From Mobula hypostoma (Eukaryota): a stretch of 64,000 nt of DNA. A program made the position numbers and the translations under genes. Position 1 is the stretch's first letter. Every line of letters begins with the position of its first letter. Where the stretch lies: contig NC_086097.1 in NCBI RefSeq assembly GCF_963921235.1, positions 173,726,001 to 173,790,000 on the forward strand. Direction: 5' to 3'. This document shows positions 49,032 through 63,191 of the stretch, in pieces. The notes under the pieces were generated by a model that saw only the letters and a list, made by a program, of their open reading frames with translations, was not told the DNA's origin and made no database searches.

Positions 49032-51667
49032 CTGTGCAAAAGTAAGAGCATTTTAGTTATTGGGTTTAAAACAAAAATCATAAATTATTTCTCAGCATAT
49101 ATTTGGTAGTCATGAGTAGTTCTGACTTCATTGTAAATATTTATTTTAACAACAAGCTTTTTAATTGCAGTATTTAAATTCAAAGCTTCCAACAATCAAA
49201 AGGCCAGATTATGAACTTTCTTTTCTTAGGGTTTAATTGATCCAGTTGAAAAAGGCAATTATCAATATCCAATGCGTTCATATGTGTATAAGCAAAGTCA
49301 ATACTAAACATGCATAATTAAAATGTTTCAATTAAAAAAATAATAGTTACTTACTTCAACTCTGATAAACAGGAGAACAAGTACTTAGAATATGTGGGGA
49401 GTTAACTGCAAATTGAAGACTCTGTCAGTCATTTAGTCCTGGTCTTAAGGATTTGGAACATTTGGAACAAGTGCAGGAACATTCAACCCAGTAACAGCAT
49501 CAAACAGAGTGTTGCATCTATCACTACACCCATGTGGATTCCACATGTCTAGCAGCAGGATGCAGTTTTACAAGGATTCTCCCGCATCACGCTGAGAAAT
49601 TACCTATATGACCATATGTTGGGTTACACCTGGCATAGGTTCAGAGAAGTCCAATTTTATTGGGGATGTTGAGCCCATGAATTAGGAAGCAAAGGGAAGC
49701 ACTGGTAATTACTTTTTCAATTATCTCACTCGTTTGTTTTTATTTAATATAAAGTTTAGCATATTCTCTGTTATTTGATGTGGCCTTGTGTATCACAGGC
49801 ACATTGAACTGTTACCACACAGGTGAAGCCCGAATGGCTTGCTGAAACTATTTTGGCTCCAAGTTGGAGCAATCCAGCTGACTTCACTCCCTTGCCCTCT
49901 CCCCAATGCCCTGATTTATTTTTCCTTTCGAATGCTCCCTTTGAATGCTACAATTGAATCTGCCTCCACTAATTCACCTGGCAGTACATTCTAAACCACA
50001 TCCACAAACTGCATAAAAAGTATTTCTCCAAGTCAATTCATTGGTCCTTTAGCCAGTCATCCAAGTTCCTTTGTCCTTTTCCACTCTACCAATAGGAATA
50101 GATTTTCTCTTTCACCTCTGTCAGATCTCCTCAGAACTCCCTCTGTTCCAAGTAAAACAACTGCAGGTTTTGCTCCCTCTCCAAAGTCTGCATGTCTTTC
50201 CTAAATTGTAGCACAAGCCTCCTGTTTTCTTTAAAAAAAAATGTGCGTACACCCTTTAGATCTCTTTATTTTTCTATCTCTTGTAGAGTGGGCCACCTGG
50301 ACCTTCAAGCCTGCCCCACCATTCAATATGATCACAGCCTCAACTCCTCTTCGGTGTTAATTCACTCCCCATAACCCTACAGTAAACGAGAATTTCCATC
50401 TTTCAAATATTTATCTATGTCTACTTTAAATATATATAAAATAACCTGGCCAACAACACCCTCAGGAGCAGAGAATTCCAGACATTCACTACCCACTTAG
50501 TGAAGGAATTTCTCCTCAACTCAGTCCGAAATGTCTTACCCTTGCCCCTGGTACTCATTCCACTATCCTGGGGAAATATTCTTCATGCAACCCGCCTGTA
50601 ACTTCATCCATTTCAAAGAAACCTCCTATCATTCCTCTTAACTTTAGTCAATATAGGCTTAGTCAATCCATTTCTCCTTATATTACAGTCCCACTTTCTC
50701 TCGGTTCCTTAAGGTTGTGATAGCCAGGGAGATAGTGGGGATAAGTTCCTAATCCCTACTAAATGCTCCAAGTGGTGTGCATCTCAGATAGCCTCGGACA
50801 ACCAAGTAGAGCTCCTGGCCTCAACATGTGGCTTAGCACCCAAGCCCAGCTGAACCATTTCTACTGACAGGAAAAGGGGCAAAAGTGGGTTATTGGTGCC
50901 TGCAAACGAGTTGCTTCAAGCAGATGGGGCTTGTCAGCCGTGGCGAGCACTCATCTAAGAGACAGAAAACTGATCTCAAACCTCCACTGCCATGCAGCTA
51001 CACCCACTCATAGGGAAGGCTTCAGGAGTAAATCCCGAGGAAAGATCCAGAGTTGGAGTCCCTAAGGCAGTCCTACATTCAGTTCAACGCTAACTGGCAA
51101 CTCCTGCAACGTTGCTGATGCCAAACTGTATCCATCTCTGCCATTCATTTGCACTCATTATCTGTGTGGAGAGGTGAAGCCTGCTGCATGGGCAACAGCT
51201 TGTGCTCCTTATCATATTGCCCTGGCTTGCGTACTGGCTTGTTATGTCGCAATATCCATGGTTAACCACAACCACAGAGGGCCTCATCTTCCCAGCAAGA
51301 ACCTTCATTGTACTCACAATGCCATTAACATCTTTACTCAAATACGGAGAAAAATATTGCACACTATATTTGGGTTCCAGCAATGCTTCATAAATTGTGT
51401 CAGACATCCTTGCTCCTGTACTCAAAATCTTGACATAAAGACCAACATGCTGTTTGCTTCCTTACCACCATCCAGGCCATGCTCTCTTCTCGCTGCAGCC
51501 ATGAGGAAGGTACAGGAGCCACAGGACCCACATCACCAGGCTCAGGAACAGTTATTATCCCTCAACTATCAGGCTCTTGAACCAGAGGGATAAATTTGCT
51601 CAACTTCACTCACCCCATCATTGACTTCTCATAATCTCTATGGACTCACTTTCAAGGACTCTTCATC

Positions 51668-52340
51668 ACAAACACAAGAAGGTCAGTAGATGATAGAAAT
51701 CTAAAGCAACACACATAAAACACTGGAGGAACGCAGCAGGTAAAGCAGCATCTATGGAGACAAATATCTCCAGATGCTGCATGATGCTTCATTAGGACCG
51801 ACAAGGAAGGGGGAAGATGCTAGAATAAAAAGGTGGGGGAAGGGAAGGAGGCTAGCTGGAAGGTGATAGGGGGAGCCAGGTGGGTGGGAAAAATAAAGGG
51901 CTGCAGAAGAAGGAATGTGATAAGAGAGGAGAAAGGGAAGGAGGAGAGGATGCAGAGGGAAGTGATAGGCAGGTGAGCTGAGGTAAAATGCCAGAGTGAG
52001 GAATAGAGGAAGAGGAGAGGGGGAGGGAAATTTCTTTACTGGAAGGTAAAATCAATATTCATGCCATCAGGTTGGAGGCTACCCAGATGGAATATAACGT
52101 GTTGCTTCTGAGGGTGGCCTCATCTTGGCAGAAGAGGGGACCGTGGACCTACATGTCGGAACGGGAATGGGAATCAAAATTAAATTGTTTGGCATTTGGG
52201 AAGTTCAACTTTTGGCAGATGGAGCAGAGGGCTTAGTGAAGTGGTCCCCCAACTTACGACGGGTCTTGCCAATGTAGCAGAGGCTGCATCAGGAGCACCG
52301 GAAACAAAAGACGACCGCAGTCCGTTTGCAGGTGAAGTGT
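51668..52340 (-). mobile_element. Penelope-like fragment (pLTR plus GIY-YIG end)
   Basis: AAACACAAGAAGG..AAAGCAACACACATAAAACACTGGAGGAACGCAGCAGG terminus, followed by GIY-YIG-type DNA on the minus strand. Confidence 0.75.
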
Positions 52341-52603
52341 CGTCATCTCATGTTCGCAATATTTATTGCTTTTTTTGTCGTACTTTTTGTATTTGCTCAG
52401 TTTATTGTCATTTGCACAATCGTTGTTTGTCCTGCTGGGGGTTATCTTTCGTTGATTGTCTTATTTTTCCCGTAATTACTGTACATGTCCACAAGAAAAT
52501 GAAACTCAGAACTGTTAATGGTGACATATATTCACTTCGAACTTTAATCATTACTTTTACCAATACATTTACTTTCAATGACTCATGTCACTTGCTACAT
52601 CAA

Positions 52604-53177
52604 TGAAACACTCCAGTTCTGTCGGCTGTGTAAGTCTGGGGAAGACAATCACTGGCCCCGCCAAACTTGGGAGATTGAGATGCGAGCCCACCCCGAAACC
52701 CCCCTGTTTGTGTGGATGCTGTGTGATTTGTTACCCTGTTACAAATCAATACCACGAAATAACAGTACACCGCATACAATTAAACGATTTAGCTTTATAA
52801 TGCTTAATTTCACTACAGGGTTAGTGAAGAAAAAGCAAAACAAAATAGCCTATTTTAATGTAACAGTCTAATGTGCACAAGTTGGAGCTCACGGTTTCCC
52901 CTTCGCCAATCCTCCGTCGATATCCCCGGCCTTCACTGGATCATAGCTCCGCTCCGGGTCAAGCCCTACGACCACTTCTCTCCAGCATCTTTTCTTTTCA
53001 TTTCCCACCGAACAAAAGACCCAGATCACCCCGGTGTCAGGCACACAGCACGAAAAACATACTCCCATCATTGGACAACTCACATTCCAAAGCATCCGTA
53101 TCTCTATCCATAACCCAAACACTGCTTCTATAGAAAGACCATTACATTAGCAGTGAAACCTTTCCCAGGGTGTTACA
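52604..53177. mobile_element. Solo LTR (Gypsy-like), related to 39978-40578
   Basis: TGAAACAC...GTGTTACA inverted termini. 4-bp TSD TCAA at 52600-52603 and 53178-53181. Shared blocks (GTGGATGCTG..CCCTGTTACAAATCA..AGCTTTATAA; TTAGCAGTGAAAC). Confidence 0.78.
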
Positions 53178-53239
53178 TCAATATTTCCCGATCTTTTAAA
53201 TAATATTTTGTTTTTCCATTATTCCTACCAAAGTGGATA

Positions 53240-55998
53240 TTACTTCCGGGGCGCCTAGGCACGACTCGAGTAGCAGCAGTACTCTCAAAGGATACGATTA
53301 AATATTCCCATTTCAGCTTGATACAGTTAAAAAGCACAACTGCTTCCTAGGTCAGTAGAATCAACAAAGATGTCTTAATGTGTTTTAACAAACTATCGCT
53401 GCTTAAAATCGATGGAAACAACAGCGATTGTGGTGGGAAGTGCCCACGGAGGACACCTCGGAGTAGGCAGAGGTGTAGATCAGGGCTACAAGTGCGTTTA
53501 AGGAAACGGGGTTTTAAACTCCCGAAACCGACTATCTGGCTGGAGAACATGCAGTCTCTGGTGAATAAAATCAATGATCTCAGAGCTGGGGTGCTGAATC
53601 AGAGGGACATTAGGACCGCACGTGTCCTTTGTTTCACGGAATCCTGGTTAATCCCTTCCATACCGGAAGCAGCGATCCAGATCGATGGTTTACTATACAC
53701 CGTCAGGATGGATCTACAGAGCCTCTCAAAAGCAGAGGTGGAGGAATATGCCTCATGATCAACTCCTCTTGGTGCACAAATATATCAGTGCTGTCCCAAT
53801 TCTGCTCACCAGACCTGGAATATCTTGCAGTAAAGTGCCATCCTTTTTAGCTACCACGGGAGTTCTCTGGGGTCATTTTGGTAACAGTTTACATTCCACC
53901 TCAGGCCAACGTCAAGCAGGCTTTAGCTGATCTGAGCAATGGGATCAACATGCATGAAACAGCGCACCCTAACGTCTTCACCAGCGTTTTGGGAGATTTT
54001 AACCGGGACAGTCTGAAAAAAATCACTAAGCAACTACCATCAACAGATCACTTGCAATACCTGAGGAAACAACACACTGGACCATTGCTACACCACCATC
54101 AAGAATGCCTACCGTGCTTTTCCATGCCCTCACTACGGGAAGCCTGATCACCTAGCTGTACTTCTACTCCCTGAGTATAGGCAGAGGCTGAAGACTGCAG
54201 CACCAGGAGTGAGGACCAAGAAGGTATGGACAAGGGAAGCACAGAAGCGCCTACAGGACTGCTTTGAATCAGTGGACTGGACTGTATTCAGGGATCCATC
54301 TTCGAACCTGGATGAGTATGCTGCAGTTGTTACCGACTCCATTAAAACCTGTGTGGATGAGTGTGTGCCCACAAAGACTTACTGTACATTCCCAAACAAA
54401 AAGCCGTGGTTGAACCAGGAGGTACGTTGTCTGTAGAAGGCAAGACCTGTGGCATTCAGGTCTGGCGACCCAGACGTGTACCAGAAAACTAGGTATGATT
54501 TGGGGAGGGCTATTTCAAGGGTGAAGAGACAATTTTGAATGAGGTTGGAGGTGACATCAGATGCACGGCAACTCTGGCAGGGTCTGCAAGACATTAATTC
54601 CTACAAATCGAAACCCAATAGCATGAATTGCAGTGATGCTTCACTACCAGATGAACTCAACGCCTTCTATGCACGCTTTGAAAGGGAGAACACAACTACA
54701 GCTGTGAAGATCCCTGCTGCACCTGCTGACCCTGTGATCTCCATCTCAGAGGCCTATGTTATGCTGTCTTTAAAGAGAGTGAACCCTCGCAAGGCGGAAG
54801 GTCTCGATGAAGTACCTGGTAAGGCTCTGAAAAGCTGTGCACTCAACTATCGGGAGTACTCAAGGACATTTTTAACCTCTCACTGCTACAGACAGAAGTT
54901 CCCACTTGCTTCAAAAAGGCAACAATTATACCAGTGCCTAAGAAGAATAATTTGGGCTGCCTTAATTACTATCACCCGATAGCACTCACATCGACAGTGA
55001 TGAAATGCTTTGAGAGGTTGGTCATGACAAGACTGAACTCCTGCCTCAGTAAGGACCTGGACCCACTGCAATTTGCCTATCGCCACAATAGGTCAATGGC
55101 AGACACAATCTCAATGGCTCTCCACATGGCTTTAGACCACCTAGACAACACAACCACCTACGTCAGGATGCTGTTCATTGACTATAGCTCAGCATTTAAT
55201 ACCATCATTCCCATAATCCTGACTGAGAAGTTGCAGAACCTAGATCTCTGTACCTCCCTCTGCAACTGGATCCTTTACTTCCTAACTGAAAGACCATAAT
55301 CTGTGCGGATTGGTGGTAACATATTCTCCTCGCTGACGATCAACACCGGCACACCTCAGGGGTGTTTGCTTAGCCCACGGCTCTACTCTCTATATACACA
55401 TGACTGTGTGACTAGGCATGGTTCAAATACCATCGGTAAATTTGCTGACGATACAACCATTATTGGTAAAACCTCAGCTGGCGACAAGAGGGCATACAGG
55501 AGTGAGAGATGCCAACTAGTGGAGTGGTGCTACAGCAACAACCTGGCACTCAACGTCAGTAAGATGAAAGAGCTGATTGTGGACTTCAGGAAGGGTAAGA
55601 CGAAGGAACATAAACCAATCCTCATAGAGGGATCAGAAGTAGAGAGAGTGAGCAGCTTCAAGTTCCTGGGTGTCAAGATCTCTGAGGACCTAACCTGGTC
55701 CCAACATATCGATGTAATTGTAAAGAATGCAATATAGCAGCTATACTTTATTAGGAGTTTGAAGAGATTTGGCATGTCAACAAATACACTCAAAAACTTC
55801 TATAGTTGTACCATGGAGAGCATTCTGACAGGCTGCATCACTGTCTGGTATGGAGGGGCTACTGCACAGGACCGAAAGAAGCTGCAGAAGATTGTAAATC
55901 TAGTCAGCTACATCTTGGGTACTAGCCTACAAAGTACCCAGGACATCTTTAGGGAGCAGTGTCTCAGAAAGGCAGCGTCCATTATCAAGGACCTCCAG
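53240..55998 (+). mobile_element. Near full-length Rex1/Babar LINE (5' end, EN, RT), with frameshifts and stops; 3' end lost
   Basis: [85 protein letters not shown]. Confidence 0.92.
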
Positions 55999-56619
55999 CC
56001 GGCTCCCTTGGCACGCTTTCTATCCGTGCTGGGTGAAGCGTCCAGCTAGCAACTCGACCTCATAAAAAAGAAATTGCCTGCTACAGAAGAATCAGCAGTA
56101 AAAAGTTGATGGCCTGTGCTCTCTCATGAGCTTAAAAGGCAATTTCCTTTTTTCCTTACAGTATGATAAAACTGTGTATTAGTTCCTAATAGTTGGTTTG
56201 GTGGTTACCTGTTATATTCAATGATGATAAAAAAGCTATGAAGGAGAGGTTTTAAAGTACCGGGGCAGTTCCACTCGTTTGATCTCAGAAGTCCAATGGT
56301 AGAAAGGTCATCACAACTGGGGTCTTCCTTGGTTGTAGTGGTTGACCATGACTTCTTCAGTGCCTCATCATGCCCTTCACTCTACATACTGTGTGGTAGG
56401 ACCTCCTTCTTGGCCTTTGGATCTCACTGTTGATCTTATCCATCCAGTCCACCAGAGCTAACTTAGCATGATACGACAGGCACGCCCCTACCTCACCAGG
56501 GTATAAAGTCTGCCAACTACCCTCACCTGGTTTAGCCCACCTGTCGAAGCACTGTACTGGAATGTGCACATTGTTGCATACAATCAGCTCTTTGGAGCCA
56601 CAGGTGAGAGCTGAATGTG

Positions 56620-57202
56620 TGCTGAAAATGAAAAATGAGCGAAAATGAACAAAATCAGCACAAGCACCCAAATAATTGACTGCCTTCATACAATGCTTAT
56701 GACAACTGCATCTGCAAAATCTTCATTTACATTGTAACATTCTGGATGATTGTTGATACCTTTTAATTCTTCGTAGGTCCTAACTTGCTGAGGTAGTAAA
56801 ATAGTTTAATTTTCAATCACCAGCCATTTCTGGCATCTCCGTGCCTGAATGCTTGAAACTGCAGTGAGCAAAACAGCTCTGAATTGCCTTAATGCTTGCT
56901 TCTCACCAAATATCAGTGACAAAATTACTGCTTTTTAAACGGAAGCACACGCAACTAATGCCATTTAAAAATGGTGTTCATTTGAAGCACAGTGTAGTGT
57001 GTAACAGCTAAAGGGCTCATACATCTGACAATAGTTAGAAACTATTTGGCCACAGTCTCCTGCCCCAAGTAGGTGGCATAGATTTCCAAATAAACGAAGG
57101 GAATCCAAGCTACGTTCTCAATTCATTTTTGTTCTTTCAGAGTTGTCCCAAATCAGTGGGTGTCCCGATTAACTGATGGCCCAGTTAACCAGAATCCACT
57201 GC
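56620..57202. mobile_element. Probable Tigger/pogo-like DNA transposon remnant
   Basis: End sequence ..TCCCGATTAACTGATGGCCCAGTTAACCAGAATCCACTG resembles a pogo-type TIR. The partner TIR was not found. Confidence 0.4.
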
Positions 57203-58454
57203 ATTAAAACATAAAATTTAATTAAAATATTACAATCAAACCATAAAGTTTGAGAGAGATAGACATTCCAATAGTTCTCTCCTTTCATTTTCAATCAACT
57301 TCTAACATTACAGAGTAAACCTAGTATTAAGATGGAAACACATCCTTAAAGGATTCTCACTTCTACACCACCCAACATTAACATATAATTTCTACTTTTC
57401 ACCTTGGTCCTTTTTCCACCAACACCACCACACCCCCCCCCCGCGCATGCGCACACATACACATGCACACGCGCGCACACGCACACGTGAAACCTTCCCC
57501 CCCCCCCACCAAATAACCAAGAATACTGTATATTTCCAACAAGGTTACCACTCATTCTCCTGAAAGAATTATCCTGCTTAACTTCACTTCAAAAAACATC
57601 CAACCCAGAAATCAATCTGGTAAACCTTTGCTGCACTCCCAATATTACAAGTATATCCTTCAGAACACAGTGAGAATAGATGTGTACAACATTCCAGATT
57701 CAATCTCACTCGAGCCCTTTGTAATTACATTATTTATTCTTGTAGCTAACTTCTCTTTCAATAAAGGGCAACATGATATTTGCCTTTAAAATTTCCTGTT
57801 GTACAAGAAAGCTAACTTTCAACCATTTGTGTACAAGGATGCCCAGGTCTCACTACATACCCAGACCTTTAATTTCACACTGCTTTAAAAATTACCTTCC
57901 TTCTTTCTACCAAAGTGAATGACCTCACATTTTCCATATTATATTCCATCTGCCATGTCCTTGTCCAGTCATTTAAACTGCTTACATTCCCTTGAAGTCT
58001 CTCTGCATCCTATTCACAACCCATATCACCCATAGCTCTGTATTAGCAGAGATCTAAGGTAAATTGCACTTGGTCCCCAATCCAAATCAATGACATACTA
58101 CTGTGAACAGCTGGGGCCCTGGTACCAGTTAATACAGTACTCTGCTGTCCAACCCAGAAATGAACTGCTTATTCCAACTCTGTCTTTCATCCATTAACCA
58201 ATTTAAAATCACATTAAAACTCTGTCCGAAGATTTGCACAAGTTACTTAAAGAAACAACTTCAGAAATGGCTCAACACTCGGGAAGAAAGAGATCTTTAA
58301 ACTATTTTTCAAGATAAAGATAAAATATAAAATATGCAAGGCTTGCAGCATTAAATGTGTTACCTTCTCTTCTCCCATAAGTTGCATTAGTTTCGATCCA
58401 AAGTGAAATTAAAATAAAAACAAAAGCTCTGAATTTGAGAAAACAATCAAGATG

Positions 58455-58655
58455 AGAGCAACATTCTGCTGGAAGAACTGAGTGGGTCAAGCAACATCTG
58501 TGGTACGAAAGGAAATGTTGGTGTTTTGGGTTGATAACTGCATCAGCACGAAAAACATTGATAATTCCTTTCCTCCCACAGATGCTGCTTGACCCGCCAA
58601 GTTCTTAAAGCAGAATGCTTGATACTTTAGATTCCTGCAATTGCAGTCTCTGTGC
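58455..58655. mobile_element. Old miniature fold-back element of Penelope-pLTR type
   Basis: CATTCTGCTGGAAGAACT..GGGTCAAGCAACATCTGTGG and CCACAGATGCTGCTTGACCC..AGTTCTT..AGCAGAATG are inverted arms. Confidence 0.65.
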
Positions 58656-59139
58656 CTGGAGAATAAGCAGCAATACAATTTTCAGAGAGAAATAAATTAT
58701 ATTAAGATGACAAAAGTATGAGAAACTTAACAGAAATGACTCCCTGCCAAGTTACCAATTTCTCTAGTCTGAAACTACATCTTTCAGTAGGCTTCACAAA
58801 ATCAGAACTGATTCACAAATAGCTAAGTAGATTTTCCTAACGTATTTTTGTTCATGTTTATTTATAAAAAATAATGACTTTTGACATTTCCTGAGTATTT
58901 TTAGTGCAATGAAACCAACCTTTTCAGCTAGACTTCAGCAGGCTGCACACTGAAGCAAAGTGCCAGTGAATGTGGGAGAGGAGGGCAGTTTTGGTGCAAT
59001 GTTTAGAAGTGGCAGTATTGATCACTTACCATAATCATTGATATTATTTTGCCTTCAGAATTTCATGAACTTCCTAAGAACTTGATAGTACTTTAAAAAT
59101 ACAATATGATTTTAATATTCCTCTCATCTATAAATAACA

Positions 59140-59440
59140 GTAAATATAGGCATCCGTTAGTCATAGGAGACCATGGATTTGCACCTTGGAAGGTTTCCAG
59201 GGTGCAGGCCTGGGCAAGGTTGTATGGCAGACCGGCGTTGTCCATGCTGCGTCTCCCCTCTCCACGCCACCGATGTCATCCAAGGGAAGGGCACTAGGGC
59301 CGATACAGCTTGGCACCAGTGTTGTCGCAGAGCAATGTGTGGTTAAGTGCCTTGCTCAAGAACACAACACGCTGCCTCAGCTGAGGCTCGAACTAGTGAC
59401 CTTCAGATCACTAGACCGATGCCTGAACCACTTGGCCAGT
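59140..59440 (-). mobile_element. tRNA-headed SINE, copy 2
   Basis: Collinear with 37790-38102; A and B boxes on the minus strand. Confidence 0.85.
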
Positions 59441-60473
59441 AAATGACATGCTGATATTTAATATCCACCTATACATAGTTAACCAAGAGCCAAACTTTCA
59501 GTTTCCTGCAGGAGACATACATGTGAACAGCAAACAGATTCTCCTTCCAAATACTGCCTGTATATTTTGTGTTTAGTCACACCCTCAAAAAATTCAATCT
59601 TTTACAAAGCCATGCTGACTGTTCCTAATCATACTTCCATTTTTCCTTATGATATAGGAGGCTCTCAGAACAATCCCATTCCTTCAATAATGTCCCCTTC
59701 AACATATTCTTTCCATATTCCCACCAACTACCCCTAGATTCTACCACCCACATTCATACCCAGGTAACCTACCAACCAGCCATGAAAAGCAAGCCATAGG
59801 CAGAACTCATCTTAGCCAACCAAAATACCCATCAAAGCTCACCACGCATGCCCACAATGGTCCATATCCCTTGACACCTTTTCCTATCCACATGTCTATG
59901 CAACTGCCTTTTATGTAGTACTATTATACTGGATTCAATCACTTTCTCTGGCAGTTCATTCCATCTACATGTGTGAAGAAACTACCTTTTAAATCTTTCC
60001 TCTCTCACCTTAAATCTATGCCCTCGAGTTTTTGATTACCACTCCTCTGGAAAAAAAAAGGACTGCGTGCATTCACACTATTTATACCCCTCATGATTTT
60101 ATACACTTACTTAATAGATCTAGAATGAATTGTTATTGAAGAGGACATATTAGATGTCTTTGTGGGGTTAAAACTGGATAAATCCACAAAGCAAGCCTGG
60201 TGTGGGAAGAGATTGCCGCAATTTTCAAATGTTCATTAGTCACACAATTCACAACAAATATGGTAACCTTATTAAAATGGTAAATGTCAGGGATAGTAAA
60301 GTTACTGGAAAACATGCTGAGGAATAGGATTAATCTACACTTAGAGAAGCAGAGATTGATCAGGTATTTTCAGGTCGGCTATGATTTCGTCTTTTAAAGA
60401 ACCCCGTTAAAAAAATACTTTCAAGATATTTTATAAAAGCGACCAGAGCACAAAGTTTGGTTCAATTACTTAC

Positions 60474-60596
60474 AGTTTCAGATCTGTTTGCAGTGTCTTC
60501 GAAATCCTTCACACCCATTATTCCCTTAAGGCAAAAAGCCTTGCAGCCCACAAAACCCATTTGGCAATCAAAGAAAGGTTCTCCCATCATCAGCAC
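60474..60596 (-). CDS. VPS13B: VPS13B internal coding exon (probably exon 10 equivalent)
   Basis: 123 nt, aag|...|gtaagt. Translates VLMMGEPFFDCQMGFVGCKAFCLKGIMGVKDFEDTANRSET, continuing the previous exon in frame. Confidence 0.95.
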
Positions 60597-60674
60597 CTTG
60601 ACAAAAATAAGATGAAATATTGTGATTAAAATATTAAGTGCTGTATGTTCAATCAAGAAAGAACATCTCTGGCA

Positions 60675-60803
60675 TAAAAGATTCTGCAGATGCTTAAAAT
60701 CCATGCAAACATGCAAAATGCTGGAGGAGCTCAGCAGGACAAGTAGCATCTATGAAGAGGAATAAACAGTCAACGTTTCGGGCCAAGACCCTTCATCAAG
60801 ACT
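60675..60803 (-). mobile_element. Solo Penelope pLTR fragment with variant hammerhead motif (60768-60803)
   Basis: Minus strand AGUCUUGAUGAAGGGUCUUGGCCCGAAACGUUGACU, followed by the usual pLTR tail. Confidence 0.75.
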
Positions 60804-61079
60804 CTAATTTCATTTTCTAAAACATATACACAAAGAATTAGTACAGAAAAATAGACCTAAGATGAGATGAAAATAGACCTAAAGTTAATAGATACAAATT
60901 CTCTATGCAATATAAATGAGGAAATAAAAAAACATATTTCTCAATAAAAATTAGTTACTGTCCACAAATTCATTACTTCTCAACTTAATAATTCATAACA
61001 CTAATAATTAATAGTAGTGTCCCTGAGCAACTAAGACATCAAATTAGGAACAGACCTTGCAGCCCCTCAACCCTGATTC

Positions 61080-62145
61080 ATAGTCTACAGCAGATGCAAT
61101 CTCACTGGCACTCCACTCAGCCTCAGATCACCTAGGCAACAGCAATACCTATGTCGGGCTGCTGGTTAATGATTACAGTTCAGTGTTCAACATCATCTTC
61201 ATCCCCTCAGTACCAGCTTCAAAACCTGGGCCTCTGTACTTGCCTCTGCAAATGGATCCTTGACCTCCTCGTCAGGAGACCACAGTCATTGTGGATTGGA
61301 AATAATCTCTCCTCCTCACTGACAATCAACACTGCACACCTCAAGAATACGTGCTGAGCCCAGTGCTCTATTCTCAGTATACCTATGACTGTATGGCTAG
61401 GCACAGCTCAAACACCACCTATAATTCACCCAAGACAGAGCTGATGTTGGCAGAGTCTTAGATGGTGACAGGGAGGAATACAGGTATGAGACAGATCAGC
61501 TGGTTGAGTGGTGTTGCAACAACAACCTTGTAATTAAACTCAGTAAGGCCAAGAAATTGATTCTGTACTTCAGTAAGGGTAAATCTGGAAAATACACCGC
61601 AGTTCTCATTAAAGGGTGAGTAGCTTCAAGCTGCTGGGTGTTAACATCTCTGAAGAAGTATCCTAGGCCCATCATATTGATGCAATTACAAAGAAGGGCA
61701 TGCCTGCAGCTATATTTCATTTGGAGTTTAGGAGACTTGGTACGTCACCAAAGGCTCTAGAAAATTTCTACAAATGTACTGTGGAGAACATTCTGAGTGG
61801 TTGCATCACCATCTAACATGGAGGAACCAATGCACAGGATCAGATAAACGCAGAGGATTGTAAACACAACTAGGTCTATTGTTGGCATTTTCAAAAGGAA
61901 TGCCTCAAAAAAGCGGCATCCATTAGCATATGCTTCAGGAACAGCTTCTTCCCCTCTGCCATCAGATTTCTGAATGTTCTATTAACCCATAAACACTATT
62001 TCAATATTTTGCTCTCTTTTTGCACTATTTCTTATAAATTCTAACTTTAACTTACAATAATTTTTATGTATTGCACCATACTGCTATCTCAAAAGAACAA
62101 ATTTCACAACATATATCAGTAATAATAAACCTGATTCTGATTGCA
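61080..62145 (+). mobile_element. Old Rex1/Babar 3' half
   Basis: DYSSVFNII..LQNLGLCTCLCKWILDLL..SSSLTINT; AATAAA followed by a (CTGATT)n tail. Confidence 0.8.
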
Positions 62146-63191
62146 TTAAACTTCTTATTCTTCTAAATTAGGATGACGGAAATTAATTAATATCAAATAT
62201 CAAAAATGCTGTTTTAAAAATATGCAATTCAGAATCCAACTCCTCCTAGTTACCACATATTGCATTTCTTGCTCTTGAAAAGTATTCCTTGGAGCTCTAC
62301 ATTATGAACACAAACAGCACCACCTACAAGCATAGGCATGGGCAAAGGCTGTGCCCTTTTATATTATAAATAAACATGACCAGATCTACTGATAAATCAG
62401 CAAGGATTATGGAAAAAGTTACTGGCACCTTGGGAAAATAAAATTTACCAAAATAGTATATTTTTCAGCACGATTTCCTCCAAAGGAAACAAGGAGAATA
62501 CATCTTAAACACACAATGGGTCTTGTTTCCTTATACTTTGAAGCATTTTAGATCAAGATAGTAAAATGATAAATAACATTCATTGAGTGGTATTGATTTT
62601 CACTGACAAAAGTTCTCGCCATTGGCTATTCTTAACCATGTACCTAAATATATTAAATATTAAATTGTGAATTGTATGAACTTCCAATAAAATCAATTGT
62701 CACATCACTTTATATATACTAACTTATTTCAATAAAACATATTCAGTCTTATCCAAATTCTGTTTCATTATGATTTTGAACTTTTGCATAATAAATTTAG
62801 TTTCAAAGCCAGATTTCAACCTCTTATCTCAACATATGATGAAAGTCTGATGTTACAAAGGGTAATAATGACTTCACCCTTGGCTATTTCTCACAAATCT
62901 TACTGCCAATTGAGAGCATTGCACCTACTTTTAATGGAAACAATAGATTTTCATTGGCACTTGCTACTTTTACAGAGATTTCTACATATCTGTCAGCTCA
63001 TAAAATAGAAGTCCCTCCGCAAAATAATCAATCAAAGTAATTTTGATGTTTTTCTCATATAGACATTTCAGAAAACACATTTAAATGTGTCTTCAATACT
63101 TCCATATAGATAATGCTAAATTAATACATAAATGACGAAATGCTACCAAAGGAAGCTTTGATATAACTTTGGGCAAAAAATTGATGAATAC

